Shown: positions 9,349 through 18,010, numbered from the stretch's first letter. The stretch: DNA of 33,289 nt from an archaeon (GCA_002687815.1 NZBH01000051.1:1-33289); one strand, 5' to 3'. A program made the numbers and translations. The notes: a model not told the origin generated them from the sequence alone.

Positions 9349-9734
9349 GATTTTATTAAATCATCAAATTCTAAGCCTTTCTTTTTTGCTATATCTTTTG
9401 AAATTATGAAGCTTCCTTTTTTGCTCCTTTCCATATTATCTAAACTTAAAAAAAACCAGGACATGTTATTAAATCTCATCCCTACCCATGGTTCAGCCCC
9501 AAATCTTTCAGAAAAATCTTTTAATTCTAAAATTTTTTCTTCTTCAATATATTTTTTATCTTTTTTAGTAGCCTTACATTCTATTGCTAGGACTCTGCCT
9601 GCATTTCCTGCAATTATATCTACTGCTGGTAGTGGGGTTGATCCTGAACCTGCAAATCTACATGGTTGCCAACCTGCTTCAAATAACATATGAAAAAGTT
9701 CCCTTTCTAATCTTGTACCCTTTTTTTTACTCAT
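9345..9734 (-). CDS. hjc: Archaeal Holliday junction resolvase Hjc
   Basis: KGTRLEREL, RFAGSG, VDIIAG, AIECK (PD-D/ExK). ATG 9734 preferred over the TTG at 9758. Confidence 0.93.
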   Translation of the reverse strand: MSKKKGTRLERELFHMLFEAGWQPCRFAGSGSTPLPAVDIIAGNAGRVLAIECKATKKDKKYIEEEKILELKDFSERFGAEPWVGMRFNNMSWFFLSLDNMERSKKGSFIISKDIAKKKGLEFDDLIKS

Positions 9735-9773
9735 AAATAATTTAAGAAAGAACTCCAATAAATAGTTTGCTAT

Positions 9774-9797
9774 AAAATAAAAAGAAAAAAAAGAGAA
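9774..9797 (-). terminator. Putative oligo-U terminator after the histone gene
   Basis: Minus strand reads TTCTCTTTTTTTTCTTTTTATTTT immediately after the stop at 9800. Confidence 0.5.
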
Positions 9798-9799
9798 TT

Positions 9800-9970
9800 T
9801 TATAAATCTCTTGCTTGTGCTGTTTTTCTTCCGTTTTCTTTTGCTCTTCTTACTGCATCTTTAATTAATGCTTCAACTCTAGCGCTTAATGCTACTGCAA
9901 AATCACCAGAAACATTTAGACCTTCTGCAGCGTCTTTTATTTTTGATCTTACTACAAATAATTCTGCCAT
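9800..9970 (-). CDS. Small non-canonical histone-fold protein (DUF1931 / face-to-face type), 56 aa, absent from the ORF track
   Basis: Hand translation: MAELFVVRSKIKDAAEGLNVSGDFAVALSARVEALIKDAVRRAKENGRKTAQARDL*. Has the histone-fold RAxxxGRKTxxxRD C-terminal motif with a truncated alpha3. GGGAGGT SD 9 nt upstream. Confidence 0.9.
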   Translation of the reverse strand: MAELFVVRSKIKDAAEGLNVSGDFAVALSARVEALIKDAVRRAKENGRKTAQARDL

Positions 9971-10047
9971 TTGTCTTATACCTCCCTATTGAAAAGTCAA
10001 AATTTAGCCCCTAGAGGCTTTATACATAGTTTTTATATAATCGTATT

Positions 10048-10063
10048 ATTTATAAACTTTTCT
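10048..10063 (-). promoter_or_regulatory. BRE-TATA promoter of the histone gene
   Basis: AGAAAAGTTTATAAAT on the minus strand. The same 16-mer occurs upstream of rpl15e. Confidence 0.7.
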
Positions 10064-10067
10064 TAAA

Positions 10068-11606
10068 CTAACTTAATTGTTTTAAGATTTCAATGATTCT
10101 ATTTTTTCCCAGAACAAGAATAAATGGTGCTAATTTTGGTCCTTTTTCTTTTCCAATTAAAGCAAGATAAGCTCCTTTGAAAAAATCTGTGTTTTTTATG
10201 TCTACTTTTTTACAAATCTTGTAAAATTCTTCAAATAATGATTGTTGGGTGTAAGATTTCTTTTTTAATTTGTTTATTAGTTCTTTTAAAGTTTGTATTT
10301 GCTTTTCATTTAATGATTTTTTAATTTTTTCTGGGATTTTTTTGTGTACTTTAAATTTCATTTCTTCTGGTGCGTATTTTTGAATCCAATTCCAAGCACA
10401 TTCTGCTCTTTTTTTAACTCTTGGCGATTTATAACCTTTAATTGCTTTTTCTATATCTCCCTCATATGTTTGTACTAATACAGTCATATGTCTGAAAGAT
10501 GGTTGTTCTGGTAATTTTTTGGGAATTTTGAGATTAGATAGTTCGTAAATTCTTTTTTGTTTTGATTCTTCTTTTTTATTATTTATTTTTTCTTTATTAA
10601 AATAAATTCTTTCACAATAGTCAAAATCTTCATATAATTTTAAGACATCTAAATCAAAACTTATAGAAAATCCTGCTCCTGGTCTTGTTCCTGCAAATAT
10701 CCACCTTAAAATTTCAGGTTCATAAATCTCTAAGACACTATCAATATTTGTAACTTCTCCGGTGGAACTTGAAAATTCTTTTCCACCCTTAATACTAATC
10801 CATTCATAAATTACATAATCTGGTGCTTCTTTGTTCCAGACTTCTTTTATTATTTGTTTTCCTGTTTCGTATGAGCCACCAGCAGCAAAATGGTCTTTTC
10901 CTCCTGGTTCGAAATCAACTTTTTCATAGATCCAACGAGCACACCAATCACTTCTCCATTTTAATTTTACTATGCCTTTTTTTCTGAAATCAATTTTATT
11001 TGAAAACCCACATTCGCATTTGTATTGTATTTCATAATTTTTATCGTAATTCAAAATTTCAGTAGAATCTTTTTTACATTTTTCACAATAAACTGTTAAT
11101 GGCCAATATTCTTTGAAAGGTTCTTTTCTGTATTTATTTAGAATATTTTTTATTTTATTCCTTTTGTTTAATACTTCTTTAATTTGTTTTGAATATTTAC
11201 ATTTTTTATGCATTTCATTTTGTCTTATGAATTCAATATCCATTTCAAGATTTTTAAGGGAATTTTCAACTTCTTTTTCAAAATGTTCAGCATAACTTTT
11301 ATGACATTTAAATGGATCTGGAACTTCTGAAAGTGGTAAGCCTATGTATTTTTCAAGTTCTTTTGGAACATTTTTTGGAACTTTTCTAAATCTATCATAA
11401 TCATCCCAAGAATAAATAAATTTAACTTTTTTCCCTAATTTTTCTAGAGCTTTAACAACTATATCTGTGGTGATTATTTCTCTAAAATTTCCAATATGAA
11501 CAGTTCCAGAAGGAGTAATTCCTGCAGCACAAGTATAAGCTTTTTTCTTACTTCTGTTTGTTACCTTTTTAGCTGCAATATCTGCCCAATGTGATAGATT
11601 TTTCAT
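10068..11606 (-). CDS. lysS: Lysine--tRNA ligase, class I
   Basis: GITPSGTVHIGNFRE, SWDDYDRFRKVP, KLKWRSDW, FEPGGKDH, FSSSTG, GPKLAPF. Confidence 0.97.
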   Translation of the reverse strand: MKNLSHWADIAAKKVTNRSKKKAYTCAAGITPSGTVHIGNFREIITTDIVVKALEKLGKKVKFIYSWDDYDRFRKVPKNVPKELEKYIGLPLSEVPDPFKCHKSYAEHFEKEVENSLKNLEMDIEFIRQNEMHKKCKYSKQIKEVLNKRNKIKNILNKYRKEPFKEYWPLTVYCEKCKKDSTEILNYDKNYEIQYKCECGFSNKIDFRKKGIVKLKWRSDWCARWIYEKVDFEPGGKDHFAAGGSYETGKQIIKEVWNKEAPDYVIYEWISIKGGKEFSSSTGEVTNIDSVLEIYEPEILRWIFAGTRPGAGFSISFDLDVLKLYEDFDYCERIYFNKEKINNKKEESKQKRIYELSNLKIPKKLPEQPSFRHMTVLVQTYEGDIEKAIKGYKSPRVKKRAECAWNWIQKYAPEEMKFKVHKKIPEKIKKSLNEKQIQTLKELINKLKKKSYTQQSLFEEFYKICKKVDIKNTDFFKGAYLALIGKEKGPKLAPFILVLGKNRIIEILKQLS

Positions 11607-11630
11607 GGAATAAAAAATTCTTCTCTTTCT

Positions 11631-12587
11631 TTAAATAGTTTTCTTTAAGATTAATATCTTGTAATTTAATTTTCCTATGTTAACTTCCTTTTTTTTAATA
11701 ATTTTAAAGCCATCAATACATTTTTTAAATAATTCTATTTTTGGACTAATTATTAACATGCTATCTTTTAGAATGTATTTTACTTGATTAAAAAACTCTT
11801 CATATAATTCTTTTATTTCTTTTTCATTTCTTTTTTTAGAAGGAAATGGTATGTTAGTTATTATTTTGTCAATTTCATTTTTTTTGAACTTGGTGTCGAG
11901 CCAATCTAAGCTTTCTTTGTAGAAATTTATTTTTACTTTAGCCATTTTTGAATTTACTTCACTGCTTCTTATGTTAAAATCAGAATCCATTCCATAGAGT
12001 TTTTTCCCACCAGTTAATGCTGCTTCAATTAAAATAGTCCCATCTTTACAAAATGGATCTAATAAACTTTCATTTTTCTTCCAATTTAAAATTTTTAATA
12101 AAGAATAAGATAAACAAGCGTTTAATCCTTGATTATTTATTCTAATCCTGTAATCTCTTTTGCATAAATTATCTTTTAATAGAATTCCAATGAAACAATC
12201 TTGATTTATAATGTCAACATAAATTATTTCTTTACTTTTTAGATTGACTTTGAAACCTTTTTTGAAGATTACTTCTCCGACTTTTCTTTCTATTTTTATA
12301 GAGTTAAATCTATGATTTCCAAATCTGTTACATTTAACACGAAAATCTTTTTTTATGGAAGAGAATTTTATATTTTTTGTTTTTTCTATTATATTTTTAA
12401 AGTTTTTAAACTTAAATTTTCTTAATAAAATGTAAATTTTATCACAGCTTCTTGATATTTTAATTTTTTTAGAAGTTTCAAATAGAATTCTTCCTTGACA
12501 TACTTTTTTAGCTTTTACTTTATATAATTCTTTGACTTCATTTATTGCAATGTCTTCTAGTCCGATGATTGTTGTTATAAGCTTCAT
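11631..12587 (-). CDS. THUMP-domain RNA methyltransferase (Trm14/TrmN-like) with degenerate SAM motif
   Basis: TIIGLEDIA N-terminus, THUMP region FRVKCNRFG.HRFNS, LCKRDYR, LLDPFCKDGTILIEAA, ITNIPF. Confidence 0.8.
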   Translation of the reverse strand: MKLITTIIGLEDIAINEVKELYKVKAKKVCQGRILFETSKKIKISRSCDKIYILLRKFKFKNFKNIIEKTKNIKFSSIKKDFRVKCNRFGNHRFNSIKIERKVGEVIFKKGFKVNLKSKEIIYVDIINQDCFIGILLKDNLCKRDYRIRINNQGLNACLSYSLLKILNWKKNESLLDPFCKDGTILIEAALTGGKKLYGMDSDFNIRSSEVNSKMAKVKINFYKESLDWLDTKFKKNEIDKIITNIPFPSKKRNEKEIKELYEEFFNQVKYILKDSMLIISPKIELFKKCIDGFKIIKKKEVNIGKLNYKILILKKTI

Positions 12588-12625
12588 GATAAATTAGAGA
12601 TAGCTTTATTTTAACAAATTTTCGC

Positions 12626-13663
12626 TTAATGTAAATATCTTTTAATTTCTTTTATGTTCAGATCTTTCCTTTTTAGCACTTCATCCAATTCACCAGCTAC
12701 TTTAATAGCATATAATGGTCCTCTATAAATAAAACCAGTAAATCCTTGTAATAAGTTAGCTCCAGCATTTAAGAAATTATAAGCATCCTCGCCTGTAAAA
12801 ATACCCCCTGAACCGATAATAGGTTTATCAGTAAATTTTCTTAAGGTTTTTATTGTTAATATAGCTTCTTCTTGTAAAGGTAATCCACTTTTTCCACCCC
12901 TACCATATTTTGGATGGATAACTGGAATTGCATTAATAGCAACATAACCATCCACTTTATTATCAGAAACATTTACTATTTCTTGTAATAATTCTTCCTC
13001 TAAGAAAGGTGATATTTTTATTAGCAGAGGTTTTCCCTTATCTGTTGATAAAAGACCTTTTAATAATAGTTTAAGATATTCTGGATTTTCAAATGTTTTA
13101 CCATCTTCTGTATTTGGGCAACTAATATTAATTTCTGTGTAAACACCCAAATGTTTTAATAATTTATATGAAGTTAGATAATCATCAATTGCTTTATCGC
13201 CCATTATCTTTGGATCATTCGTTTTTGCGATACTAACAGCAAAACTAACCTTTTCTTCTAAATTTTCTAGCTTTTCTCCTACTGCTTCTGCTCCGTCATT
13301 GTCTAAACCCATTCTGTTTATAGTAGCTTTATCTTTTATTAGTCTCCATAATCTTGGTCTTTTATTTCCTTTACTTGGTTGTGCGGTTACAGAACCGACA
13401 ACTTCGCCATTAAAACCAAGAGTATGAACTTTATCTACTATAGTTCCGTTTTTGTCAAAACCAGCAGCTAACATTAAAGGATAGCTAAATTCATGATCAA
13501 ATAACTTAGAAGAAAGTCGAGAAAATTTTGGGGGCGTATACCCTTCTTTTAATTTCATAATTTGTTTAGTAGCTAATCTATGCATAAATTCTGCATCTAA
13601 TTTTAAGCCAAATATAAGTGGTTTTGATAACTTGTAGAATAAATCAAGTGTTGTTGGTTTCAT
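12626..13663 (-). CDS. pyrD: Dihydroorotate dehydrogenase, class-2 (quinone-type) architecture
   Basis: N-terminal helices (KPLIF..LDAEFMH), LAAGFDKNG, GSVT...GNKRPRLWRL, INRMGLDN, EINISCPNT, GGKSG, GFIYRGP. Confidence 0.92.
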   Translation of the reverse strand: MKPTTLDLFYKLSKPLIFGLKLDAEFMHRLATKQIMKLKEGYTPPKFSRLSSKLFDHEFSYPLMLAAGFDKNGTIVDKVHTLGFNGEVVGSVTAQPSKGNKRPRLWRLIKDKATINRMGLDNDGAEAVGEKLENLEEKVSFAVSIAKTNDPKIMGDKAIDDYLTSYKLLKHLGVYTEINISCPNTEDGKTFENPEYLKLLLKGLLSTDKGKPLLIKISPFLEEELLQEIVNVSDNKVDGYVAINAIPVIHPKYGRGGKSGLPLQEEAILTIKTLRKFTDKPIIGSGGIFTGEDAYNFLNAGANLLQGFTGFIYRGPLYAIKVAGELDEVLKRKDLNIKEIKRYLH

Positions 13664-13705
13664 TTTTTTAAAATTTCATAAGTAATTTAAATTGTTTATT
13701 ATTTT

Positions 13706-13978
13706 TTAGTATCTAACCTCAAAACTATTAAATTCATTGTTAACTTTTCCTTCTTTAATTTCTACATCTTTTATATTAGCACCAGATGGTCCTTTTTTAC
13801 AGAACTTAAGAATTTCATTTATGTTTTCTTCTTTACCTTCAAAAATAGCTTCTACCTTTCCATTTGGTAAGTTTTTAACAAAACCTTTTAGATTTAATTT
13901 ATTAGCTTTTTCTTTGATGTTTGATCTGAAGAAAACACCTTGCACTATTCCAGAAATAAAAATATGGACTCTTTTCAT
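13706..13978 (-). CDS. acyP: Acylphosphatase
   Basis: ISGIVQGVFFR, GFVKNLPNGKVE, KGPSGA. Confidence 0.95.
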   Translation of the reverse strand: MKRVHIFISGIVQGVFFRSNIKEKANKLNLKGFVKNLPNGKVEAIFEGKEENINEILKFCKKGPSGANIKDVEIKEGKVNNEFNSFEVRY

Positions 13979-14952
13979 ATTGGTTCTGCAAGATAAATAT
14001 TATCTTTATCTCTTAAAATCTTTACTCTTATTGTTTTATCTATTTCACCATTACAATTTATTATGGCAATAGATCTATTTTTTGCTACCCCTATCATTTG
14101 ATTTTTTATCCAACCAAATGTCTTAATTTTAACATTGGTTTTTTCATTTTTTCTAAAAACTTTTGGTAAACTTTTTCTCTTTTCTATGCCTAGTTCTTTT
14201 GGATTCATTTTTAAGTTAATATCAAATTCTTTTTCCCATTCTTTTAGTTGTTTGTAGAATTTATACCAATTCATTCTTTTTATTCCTTTAATCTTTCTTC
14301 CATATTTGTGTACTTCATATTTTTGAATACCAATTTTTGCATTAATTTCTTTTGAGAATTTTATTAAATCTATAATATCTTGATCATTTATTTTTGGAAT
14401 CCAGACTGGTGTAAGAACTAATTCTATTTTGTTTTTAGTAATTTCTTTAGCAGCTTCTATTATTTTGTCAATATTGTAAGAATTTATTCCGCATAGTTTT
14501 TTAGCTAAATCTTTGTCTAAACTATGGATAGATAGATTAATTTGATTTAAACCAGCCTTTTTAAGATCGCTTATTAATTTTTTATTTAGTAGAACTCCAT
14601 TTGATTCCATTATTATTTTTTTAACTTCTTTTATTTTAGAAATTTCTTTGATAAGTTCAATTAAATTTGGATATGTTGTGGAATCTCCAACAGAATCTAA
14701 TAAAATTATTGAATTGCCTTTAAATTTTACAATTTCTTTTATGTATTGTAATAGATAATTTGGTTCTACGATGTATTCAACTGGATGTACTTCTGAATTA
14801 TTAGCGTTTGTAGAACAAAAAGTGCATTTAAGATTGCAGATAGTTGTTGGTCTAACTTGGATTATGTTTGTTCCACGATCTATGCAGCCAAACATTACTG
14901 CTCCAACTAAAGGAATCTCGCTTTTTTTGTCTATTTTTATAATTTTTACCAT
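13975..14952 (-). CDS. Uncharacterised archaeal radical SAM protein with C-terminal TRAM-like domain
   Basis: IPLVG..FGCIDRGTNIIQVRP, CNLKCTFC, C-terminal beta domain ending RVKILRDKDNIYLA. Confidence 0.85.
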   Translation of the reverse strand: MVKIIKIDKKSEIPLVGAVMFGCIDRGTNIIQVRPTTICNLKCTFCSTNANNSEVHPVEYIVEPNYLLQYIKEIVKFKGNSIILLDSVGDSTTYPNLIELIKEISKIKEVKKIIMESNGVLLNKKLISDLKKAGLNQINLSIHSLDKDLAKKLCGINSYNIDKIIEAAKEITKNKIELVLTPVWIPKINDQDIIDLIKFSKEINAKIGIQKYEVHKYGRKIKGIKRMNWYKFYKQLKEWEKEFDINLKMNPKELGIEKRKSLPKVFRKNEKTNVKIKTFGWIKNQMIGVAKNRSIAIINCNGEIDKTIRVKILRDKDNIYLAEPI

Positions 14953-15004
14953 AAATAAAGATTAAATCAATACTTTAATAAATTTATTCACTTATTTCTA
15001 ATTT

Positions 15005-16987
15005 ATGATTTTAGGGAAGGTAATTGGAAGATCTTCAACAATACAATTTAAGTTTTTAGTAGAGGGAAATGCAAAAAAATTCCAATATTTGCAAGTTTTG
15101 CATGAAGATAATTATGTTCTTGCACAAATAGTTGAAATTGAAAGGGATATAGATAGAACAGTTGCATCTTGTAATATTCTTGGTTATAAAGATGAACAAA
15201 ATATCTTAAGACCATTAAGAACAGCATTTGAACCTGGCATAGAAATACTTAATGCAGAAGATGATTTTATTAAAAAAATACTTGATTTAGAAGAATCAAA
15301 AAATTCTGCTTATTTAGGAGTTTTAGAAGGAAGAGATAAATTAAAGGTATATCTTGATTTGAATAAATTATTGACAAAACATGTTTGTATACTGGCAAAA
15401 TCTGGTGCTGGAAAATCTTATACTGCTGGTGTGTTAATAGAAGAGATTTTGGATAGAAATATTCCTATTTTGATTATAGATCCTCATGGAGAATATACTA
15501 GTTTAAAATATCCAAATGCAGAAGATAAAGAAAATTTAGTTCGTTTTGGTATAGAAGCAAAGAATTATATTGATCAAGTTCAGGAATATGGGCTTAATGC
15601 TAAACATTTGAAATTAAGTAATCAAAATCTTTCTCCATCTGAATTAATTCATATGTTACCTTCTAAATTATCTAGTACTCAGATGGGTGTGTTGTATTCT
15701 GCTTTGAATAGTTTGGGAAAAGAAATTAATTTTGATGAAATAATACAACAATTAGAGATGGAAGAAGGTAATGCAAAGTGGACTTTAATAAATATCATTG
15801 AATATATTAAGAAATTAGATATTTTTTCTGATTATTCTACTGAAATGAATGAGTTAGTTAAACAGAACAAAGTTTCAATAATAAATCTAAAAGGAATACC
15901 TCCTGAAGTTCAAGAAGTTATTGTCTATAAATTGACTTATGATTTATTTGAAGCTAGAAAGAAAGAAGAAATTCCACCATTTTTTTTAATAGTAGAAGAA
16001 GCACATAATTTTCTTCCAGAAAGAAGTTTTGGTGAAGCAAAGAGTTCTAAGATTTTAAGACAAGTTGCATCAGAAGGAAGAAAATTTGGTCTTGGCATGT
16101 GTATTATTTCTCAAAGACCTTCTAGGTTGGATAAATCTGTAATATCTCAAGCTTCTACACAATTAATTTCTAGGATAACTAATCCAAATGATTTGAAAAG
16201 TTTATCTAGTTCTTTGGAAGGATTAACGTCAGAAACTGAGAGAGAAATTAAAAATATACCTGTTGGAACAGTTATGGTTGTTGGCTTGACTGATTTACCT
16301 GTATTTGTAGATGTTAGACCAAGAAAAACAAAACATGGTGGTGGAGCAGTAAATATTCTAGATGTTGAAAAGGTAGAAGAAAAAGAATTTATTGAAAGTA
16401 AAGAAGACTTTGAAGAAAAAAATAATTTACTTCCATTAATTAAACCAAAAATAGATTTAAATGATCTAAAAGTAATGCATGGTTCTTCTAAAATAAAAAC
16501 AGAATTAATTCCCTGTTCTTTATTGGTTATAAAAGATTTTAGATTATTGTTTGATTTGACTAATGGCCAGATAATTAACAATATTGAAGATGCTAGTGGT
16601 GAGAAATTAACTGCTGTAGCTATAGATAATTTAACTTCACAGCAGAAAAATATATTGAAAGTTGCTATAAACTTAAACGAGTTTAAAGCTGCTGATTTAT
16701 TATCTGAATCTGGTGCGCAATTTTCAGAAGTTTATGATATTACAAATATTTTAACTGGTAAAGGTTTATTTATTAAAATTAATGATGAATATAAATTGAA
16801 TGATAAAATTGGATGGTTGTCTAAATTAAAAGAATTATCTTTTTTAGGAAAAATAGAATTCTCTGATTTAAGTTATGATAAAATATTAGAAAAAAATTAT
16901 GATATTCAAAAAATAAAAGAGTATCTTAGTAATTTTATTGATATAGATGATGAGAAAGAATGTTATTTAGTTAAGTATAGTCCTTAA
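15005..16987 (+). CDS. HerA/FtsK-like ATPase (DUF87) with N-terminal HAS-barrel and C-terminal extension
   Basis: HVCILAKSGAGKS (Walker A), IIDPHGEY, LIVEEAHNF (Walker B), EGRKFG, SQRP. Confidence 0.9.
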   Translation: MILGKVIGRSSTIQFKFLVEGNAKKFQYLQVLHEDNYVLAQIVEIERDIDRTVASCNILGYKDEQNILRPLRTAFEPGIEILNAEDDFIKKILDLEESKNSAYLGVLEGRDKLKVYLDLNKLLTKHVCILAKSGAGKSYTAGVLIEEILDRNIPILIIDPHGEYTSLKYPNAEDKENLVRFGIEAKNYIDQVQEYGLNAKHLKLSNQNLSPSELIHMLPSKLSSTQMGVLYSALNSLGKEINFDEIIQQLEMEEGNAKWTLINIIEYIKKLDIFSDYSTEMNELVKQNKVSIINLKGIPPEVQEVIVYKLTYDLFEARKKEEIPPFFLIVEEAHNFLPERSFGEAKSSKILRQVASEGRKFGLGMCIISQRPSRLDKSVISQASTQLISRITNPNDLKSLSSSLEGLTSETEREIKNIPVGTVMVVGLTDLPVFVDVRPRKTKHGGGAVNILDVEKVEEKEFIESKEDFEEKNNLLPLIKPKIDLNDLKVMHGSSKIKTELIPCSLLVIKDFRLLFDLTNGQIINNIEDASGEKLTAVAIDNLTSQQKNILKVAINLNEFKAADLLSESGAQFSEVYDITNILTGKGLFIKINDEYKLNDKIGWLSKLKELSFLGKIEFSDLSYDKILEKNYDIQKIKEYLSNFIDIDDEKECYLVKYSP

Positions 16988-17964
16988 TCTTTTTTTAAAT
17001 AAGTATCAATTTTCATAAATACTTTTTTAGTTTTTGCAGCTACTTCTTTTTCTGCTTTTAAGATTTCTTGAGAAGTCATTTTGCTAGTACTTAAACAAAC
17101 TAATTCATTTTTTAAAGTTAATATTGCTGTTAATTCATTTTCCTTTATTTTATCGTTTAATTTTGATATTCCTCTTACGTATAAATCTGCTCCGTGACAT
17201 AAAGCATTAACTGTTGTATCAAAAACCCATATCTTTGGTAAGTGTTCTATTGCTTTTTCCATTGGTAAAACTATTTTCCTTATTTCTTTTTCATTACCTT
17301 CTTTCCAGAATTCGTAAGCATCTTTTAAGTCATGTAAGCTGTGCCATGTTTCATCTGTAAATGGACCTGCTTTAGTTCTAATTAATTGTTTCATATTTGC
17401 ACCAACACCTAAATTCTGTCCAATATCATGACAAAATTTTCTAATATATGTTCCTGCTTCACAACCAATTTTAAATAAAACATCTTGTTTGTCAATTTCT
17501 AAGATTTTAAGATAATAAATTTCTCTTTCTCTTAGTTGTCTTTTAATAGCACTTTTTACTGGTGGCATTTGTTTTATTTTCCCAGTAAATTTTAAGAATA
17601 CTTTTTTTATTTTAATTTTATCTACAGGTTTATGTAAACGCATTAAACAGATATATTCTTTTCCTGCTGTAAGTAAAGTTTGAACAATTCTTGTTGCTCT
17701 TCCTAATGCAATTGGTAGAACTCCTGTTACTATTGGATCTAATGTACCAGAATGACCTACTTTTTTAGCTTTTAAAACTCTTTTAACATAATAGCCTATT
17801 TGATGACTTGTTGGACCCTCTGATTTATTTAAATTTACAATTCCATAAGAAATAGTATTTTCTACTGATCTTTTTTCCGGATATTCCCCATATTTGGAGT
17901 TTGTTCTAGCTTCTACCTTAGTTAGAATTTTTCTTTTTACTTTTTCAAATGGTAATTTTCCCAT
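16984..17964 (-). CDS. truB: RNA-guided/tRNA pseudouridine synthase Cbf5 (TruB family) with PUA domain
   Basis: NKSEGPTSHQ, GHSGTLDP, GKEYIC, QMPPVKSA, EAGTYIRK, LCHGA. Confidence 0.96.
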   Translation of the reverse strand: MGKLPFEKVKRKILTKVEARTNSKYGEYPEKRSVENTISYGIVNLNKSEGPTSHQIGYYVKRVLKAKKVGHSGTLDPIVTGVLPIALGRATRIVQTLLTAGKEYICLMRLHKPVDKIKIKKVFLKFTGKIKQMPPVKSAIKRQLREREIYYLKILEIDKQDVLFKIGCEAGTYIRKFCHDIGQNLGVGANMKQLIRTKAGPFTDETWHSLHDLKDAYEFWKEGNEKEIRKIVLPMEKAIEHLPKIWVFDTTVNALCHGADLYVRGISKLNDKIKENELTAILTLKNELVCLSTSKMTSQEILKAEKEVAAKTKKVFMKIDTYLKKD

Positions 17965-18010
17965 TTTTTATTTAAGAACATTGAACTTTATAAAGATTTA
18001 TTAGAAAAAG

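Noticed and set aside
15005-16987. HerA-based antiphage system or conjugative VirB4
   Set aside because: No adjacent Sir2, nuclease or T4SS genes; both flanks are housekeeping-type genes.
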